DNA of 10,916 nucleotides from Candidatus Thorarchaeota archaeon (GTDB lineage Archaea; Asgardarchaeota; Thorarchaeia; Thorarchaeales; Thorarchaeaceae): NCBI GenBank assembly GCA_048882045.1, contig JBHLRZ010000060.1, positions 1 to 10,916 of the forward strand, read 5' to 3'. Shown piece by piece: positions 7,635 to 10,916 of this stretch (position 1 is its first letter; each line of letters starts with the position of its first letter). The notes under the pieces were generated by a model. It saw only the letters and a program-made list of their open reading frames with translations, ran no database searches and was not told where the DNA came from. The position numbers and the translations under genes were made by a program.

Positions 7635-10454
7635 ATGAATGAGAAAATCTTCATTGTACCACATAGCCACTGGGATAGAGAGTGGTATCTACCATTCCAG
7701 AGATTCAGATACACACTCGTCAAAATGATTGATGAGCTTTTAGGTATACTACAGAAACAAGACTTTGTCTTCATGTTTGATGGGCAGACCATTCTCCTTG
7801 AGGACTACCTAGAGATATGTCCTGAGAAAAAAGATGAGTTGATGCAACGTATTCGTGAGGGTAAGATTGTCGCAGGACCGTGGTATCTACTTCCTGATGA
7901 GTGGCTAGTTGGAGGAGAGAGTCTCATCCGAAACCTTGAGTCTAGCCATGACCTTGCTAAAGAGCTCAACATACCCCTCATGGATATTGCATACCTTCCT
8001 GATCAGTTTGGGCACACGAGTGGAATGCCTCAACTTCTTGGAGACCTGACGAATCTAAAAACAGCTGTGCTTTGGCGTGGAGTCCCTCCGAGTATCACTG
8101 CTGTGCCATTCATATGGAAATCTCATGAAACCTCGTCCACGTCGATTAACGGAAATTATCTCCCATTTGGGTATGGAAATGCGTCAATGCTTCCAACGGA
8201 TTACGACGAGTTTGCAAACAATGTCAAGGATAAGGTTACTGAATTGGAGCCCTTCTCTCCAGTACCAGTATATCTCCTGATGAACGGGTCCGATCATCGC
8301 TTCCCACAGCCATTTACTGTGGAATTCGCAAAGAAACTTTCCAAAGAAGGTCTCAATGTTTCAGTATCACATTTGAAAGACTATATTGTTAATCTAGACA
8401 GTGCCCTTTTGAAGGTTGAATATGTTCGTCCAACATACAATGGAGAATTCAGGTCTCCAGCAAGAGCACATCTTCTACAAGATACATACTCCGCACGTAT
8501 GTGGATAAAACAATGGAACCAAAAAGTTGAGGATACTCTCACTAGGAGTGTCGAACCAATTTCAACCTACATGACTACAGCATTTGGTCTTCAATACCCT
8601 GGTGGTTTCTTGAGAACATCATGGAAGTGGTTGCTCAAGAATCAACCGCATGACTCAATCTGCGGTTGCTCAGTCGATCAGACACATGATGAGATGAAGA
8701 CACGTTTCTCTTGGGCAGAGTCAATTTGTGAGGGGGTCCTCACAGACGCTGAAAAGTCAATTCACAGGATTGCAGAGAAGTCCGATGAATCATCGGTTAT
8801 TGTCTACAATGCAGGTGGTAGTACAAAGGCACCAGTCTATTTTGAGTTCTCAAGTCCTGGAAAGGATGTTGTAAAGGGGCTTCGTTCGGAGGATGGTAAG
8901 ATCTACGATGCCCAATTGCTCAAATCTAGGGAAGACATCTTCATGGATACGACTGTTGGTATGAGAACCGCTAAGATGGGAATGAAACTTCTTCCTGGTA
9001 GAAAGTTGATGGACTTTTACATAAATGATGTTGAGTATTTCGATGGAGTTGAACCTGGGGTGCTTGAACTCAGATTCATTGCAGACAGACATCCTGTTGG
9101 TGAGTTTGACATGGAGAGTTTCGGTCGCGAAGCTGACAAGGTTATTGGTAGTAAGAAATACAAGAAGATCCATCTTGTGGCTGCTCGCCCAACTCAGAGT
9201 GTATATGCTGCGGTCATCCCTCTGGATCCGTGGGCATTCTCGAAACTTATCCCGGTCAGGGACTACACAACAAACACACAAGAAGATATTCTTGAGGTGA
9301 GCTCGAATCAAATAGAAAATAGATTCTACTCGGTTTCGTTCAACAAAGATGGGACTTTGACTCTCACCAATAAGAATAATGGAGTGCAATATCAACGACT
9401 TCACCTATTCGAGGATTATGGTGATCGTGGTGACGAGTACACTTTCGGAAGACTCGAACCAGAGAGAGCTCGTGTGAAGCATGTTAAACGGACTATCATT
9501 AGCAAAGGACCGATAGTTGCAGAGATAAAAGAGAAACTAGCATTGGAGCTCTATCAGTCACTTGATCCCTCCAGAGAGAAGCGGGTTGGTAAGACAATAA
9601 TTCCAGTTGAATCTGTTTTCAGATTCTTTAGGGACACGCCGCGGATTGAGGTGACAACCAAACTCACAAACACAGCCAAAGACCATCGGCTTAGGATATG
9701 TTTTGACTTCCCATTCAATTCTCAAACAACTATCACTGAAACTCACTTCGGGTGTGTGGAGCGGTCAGGGAAGGCTGAGTCTGTGCCTGATGCTCAGAGT
9801 CTAGAGAAGACTATGTCAGACTATCCTGAAAGACCATCCGGTATTCAGCCCCAGAAGGGTTTCATTCGTGTCAATGGTGGAACAGATGGATTCACTGTAC
9901 TAAATAGAGGACTACCTGAGGTTGAATTAGTGGATGGTCATCGAATAGCCCTTACTCTTCTACGTTGTGTTGGATGGCTTTCTCGCTCTGATTATCCCGA
10001 GAGGCCCATGCATGCTGGCCCTGGAGAAGAGACACCCGGTGCTCAAGAAATGGATGTCGAGTATGAATTCAACTATGGATTCCTTGTTCATTCTCGTAAT
10101 GATCCAATTTCTGTCAGTGTAGAACATGCGGATGTTTTTCATAGTCAACCTACCGTAGTTGCGTTGGACCATGCTGAACCTCCACAGAACCTCTTCGACC
10201 CTATTTTGCAGCTAGATACTTCGGCAATTAGAATCTCGTCGATGAGAATGCGTGAAGACTCTATTCTAGTTACTCTCTATAACCTAGAGAACAAGCAAGT
10301 TGAAACTCAAGTCAAGCTTGCAGAATATATCAAAGCAGCTTCAGAGGTGAAACTTGACGGAGCTGTCATCACAAAACTCCCAATCTCAGATCAAGGTATG
10401 AATCTCACCTTTGATGGAAGGGAGATTAAGATGTGTAGGCTACGTGTATCATGA
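7635..10454 (+). CDS. Glycoside hydrolase family 38 alpha-mannosidase (MngB/mannosylglycerate hydrolase-like), cytoplasmic
   Basis: GH38 motifs are present: VPHSHWDREWY, FDGQT, GPWYLLPDEWLVGGESLIRNL, LPDQFGH (nucleophile Asp), NGSDH, NQPHDSICGCSVD, DHRLR and LTLLRCVGWLSR. There is no signal peptide. It starts 15 bp after the MFS stop, with a GGAGA SD-like element. Confidence 0.95.
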   Translation: MNEKIFIVPHSHWDREWYLPFQRFRYTLVKMIDELLGILQKQDFVFMFDGQTILLEDYLEICPEKKDELMQRIREGKIVAGPWYLLPDEWLVGGESLIRNLESSHDLAKELNIPLMDIAYLPDQFGHTSGMPQLLGDLTNLKTAVLWRGVPPSITAVPFIWKSHETSSTSINGNYLPFGYGNASMLPTDYDEFANNVKDKVTELEPFSPVPVYLLMNGSDHRFPQPFTVEFAKKLSKEGLNVSVSHLKDYIVNLDSALLKVEYVRPTYNGEFRSPARAHLLQDTYSARMWIKQWNQKVEDTLTRSVEPISTYMTTAFGLQYPGGFLRTSWKWLLKNQPHDSICGCSVDQTHDEMKTRFSWAESICEGVLTDAEKSIHRIAEKSDESSVIVYNAGGSTKAPVYFEFSSPGKDVVKGLRSEDGKIYDAQLLKSREDIFMDTTVGMRTAKMGMKLLPGRKLMDFYINDVEYFDGVEPGVLELRFIADRHPVGEFDMESFGREADKVIGSKKYKKIHLVAARPTQSVYAAVIPLDPWAFSKLIPVRDYTTNTQEDILEVSSNQIENRFYSVSFNKDGTLTLTNKNNGVQYQRLHLFEDYGDRGDEYTFGRLEPERARVKHVKRTIISKGPIVAEIKEKLALELYQSLDPSREKRVGKTIIPVESVFRFFRDTPRIEVTTKLTNTAKDHRLRICFDFPFNSQTTITETHFGCVERSGKAESVPDAQSLEKTMSDYPERPSGIQPQKGFIRVNGGTDGFTVLNRGLPEVELVDGHRIALTLLRCVGWLSRSDYPERPMHAGPGEETPGAQEMDVEYEFNYGFLVHSRNDPISVSVEHADVFHSQPTVVALDHAEPPQNLFDPILQLDTSAIRISSMRMREDSILVTLYNLENKQVETQVKLAEYIKAASEVKLDGAVITKLPISDQGMNLTFDGREIKMCRLRVS

Positions 10455-10613
10455 GTCGACTGTGTATTCCGCATTGTTGGAGAATTCAATTGTCATGGTT
10501 TCAACACCAATAGCTTCCTGAAGTACTTCGGTGGGATGGATAAGGGTAGACCCAATGCTGAAGACCTCATAAACGCAGAAGAGTTTGCCCTGAAAATCAA
10601 GAGGGACATGTAG
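10455..10613 (+). pseudogene. C-terminal remnant of a flavodoxin-family protein, lacking its start and N-terminal part
   Basis: It translates as VDCVFRIVGEFNCHGFNTNSFLKYFGGMDKGRPNAEDLINAEEFALKIKRDM*. This resembles the flavodoxin C-terminal pattern (EFxCxG...GGxNKGRPxxEDLxxAxxFA) as I recall it. It is not in the ORF track. Confidence 0.7.
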
Positions 10614-10689
10614 ACTTGGAAAGACCATCTTTGAAAAGGATTAAATGAAAGCTCAGCAATAGATTCCTTTTGTTGAAAGAGGTGTTTAG

Positions 10690-10916
10690 ATGCCTATCTT
10701 CATAGTTTTGGCAAAATACACAACCAAAGGAGTCCAGGAAATCAAGGATGCTCCAGAACGATACAAAGCCGCTCAAAAGATCGCTAAATCTGTAGGAGCG
10801 GAGATCAAGAGCGTATACTACACGATGGGTCGATATGACTTTGTTTCAATTATCGAAGCACCATCTATCGAAGCAGCTATGAAGGGTCTGTTCATGCTTG
10901 GGGCTGGAGGAATTCA
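10690..10916 (+). CDS. GYD domain-containing protein, 3'-truncated by the window edge
   Basis: MPIFIVLAKYTTKGVQEIKDAPERYKAAQKIAKSVGAEIKSVYYTMGRYDFVSIIEAPS... contains the YxTxGxYD signature. A GAGGTG SD element is at 10679-10684. It is not in the ORF track. Confidence 0.88.
   Translation, partial: MPIFIVLAKYTTKGVQEIKDAPERYKAAQKIAKSVGAEIKSVYYTMGRYDFVSIIEAPSIEAAMKGLFMLGAGGI

Noticed and set aside
1750-10172. Short overlapping or antisense ORFs in the track (1750..1941, 1769..2065, 2854..3177, 3046..3231, 3416..3664, 3551..3904, 4095..4325, 4457..4657, 4956..5141, 7262..7510, 7589..7792, 8077..8280, 8850..9404, 9025..9300, 9558..9746, 9960..10172)
   Set aside because: All lie within or opposite better-supported genes and show no recognisable motifs, so they are treated as shadow ORFs.
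10634-10671. AAAAGGA...ATGA...GA...TCCTTTT weak stem resembling a SECIS or K-turn downstream of the GH38 TGA
   Set aside because: There is no upper helix between ATGA and GA, and the 7-bp stem is too weak to call.
1-10916. Genome-wide TGA reassignment (genetic code 4 or 25)
   Set aside because: Long and Trp-rich genes (GH38, MFS, 3360..3917) have no internal TGA, and several genes end at TGA at natural C-termini.
1-10916. CRISPR array, tRNA, rRNA or transposase
   Set aside because: I saw no regularly spaced repeats, cloverleaf or rRNA-like sequence, or transposase/integrase motifs.

Overview
A gene-dense window of about 11 kb, probably archaeal. The gene style and content suggest Asgard/Thorarchaeia, but that is inference. 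In order it holds: a 5'-truncated membrane protein; a minus-strand run of an ICMT/Ste14-type methyltransferase, an MBL-fold hydrolase and a DUF4424-like surface protein; a Trp-rich membrane protein; a two-gene convergent cassette; a GPH-family MFS sugar transporter with a GH38 alpha-mannosidase; a C-terminal flavodoxin remnant; and a 3'-truncated GYD-domain gene. The most notable element is the ~2.1 kb cassette (3958-6105), bounded by a perfect 18-bp direct repeat (TCTCAGTTCATTTTTATC). It encodes a predicted exported protein with a caspase-like (clan CD) His-Gly/Cys dyad fused to a very hydrophobic Ala/Gly-rich tail, plus a convergent 2-TM membrane protein. This may be an inserted self-processing toxin/immunity module. 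Other points: a near-perfect inverted copy of the repeat overlaps the GH38 start codon, the MBL gene has an apparently premature in-frame TGA, and there are several hairpin + T-tract terminator-like structures.
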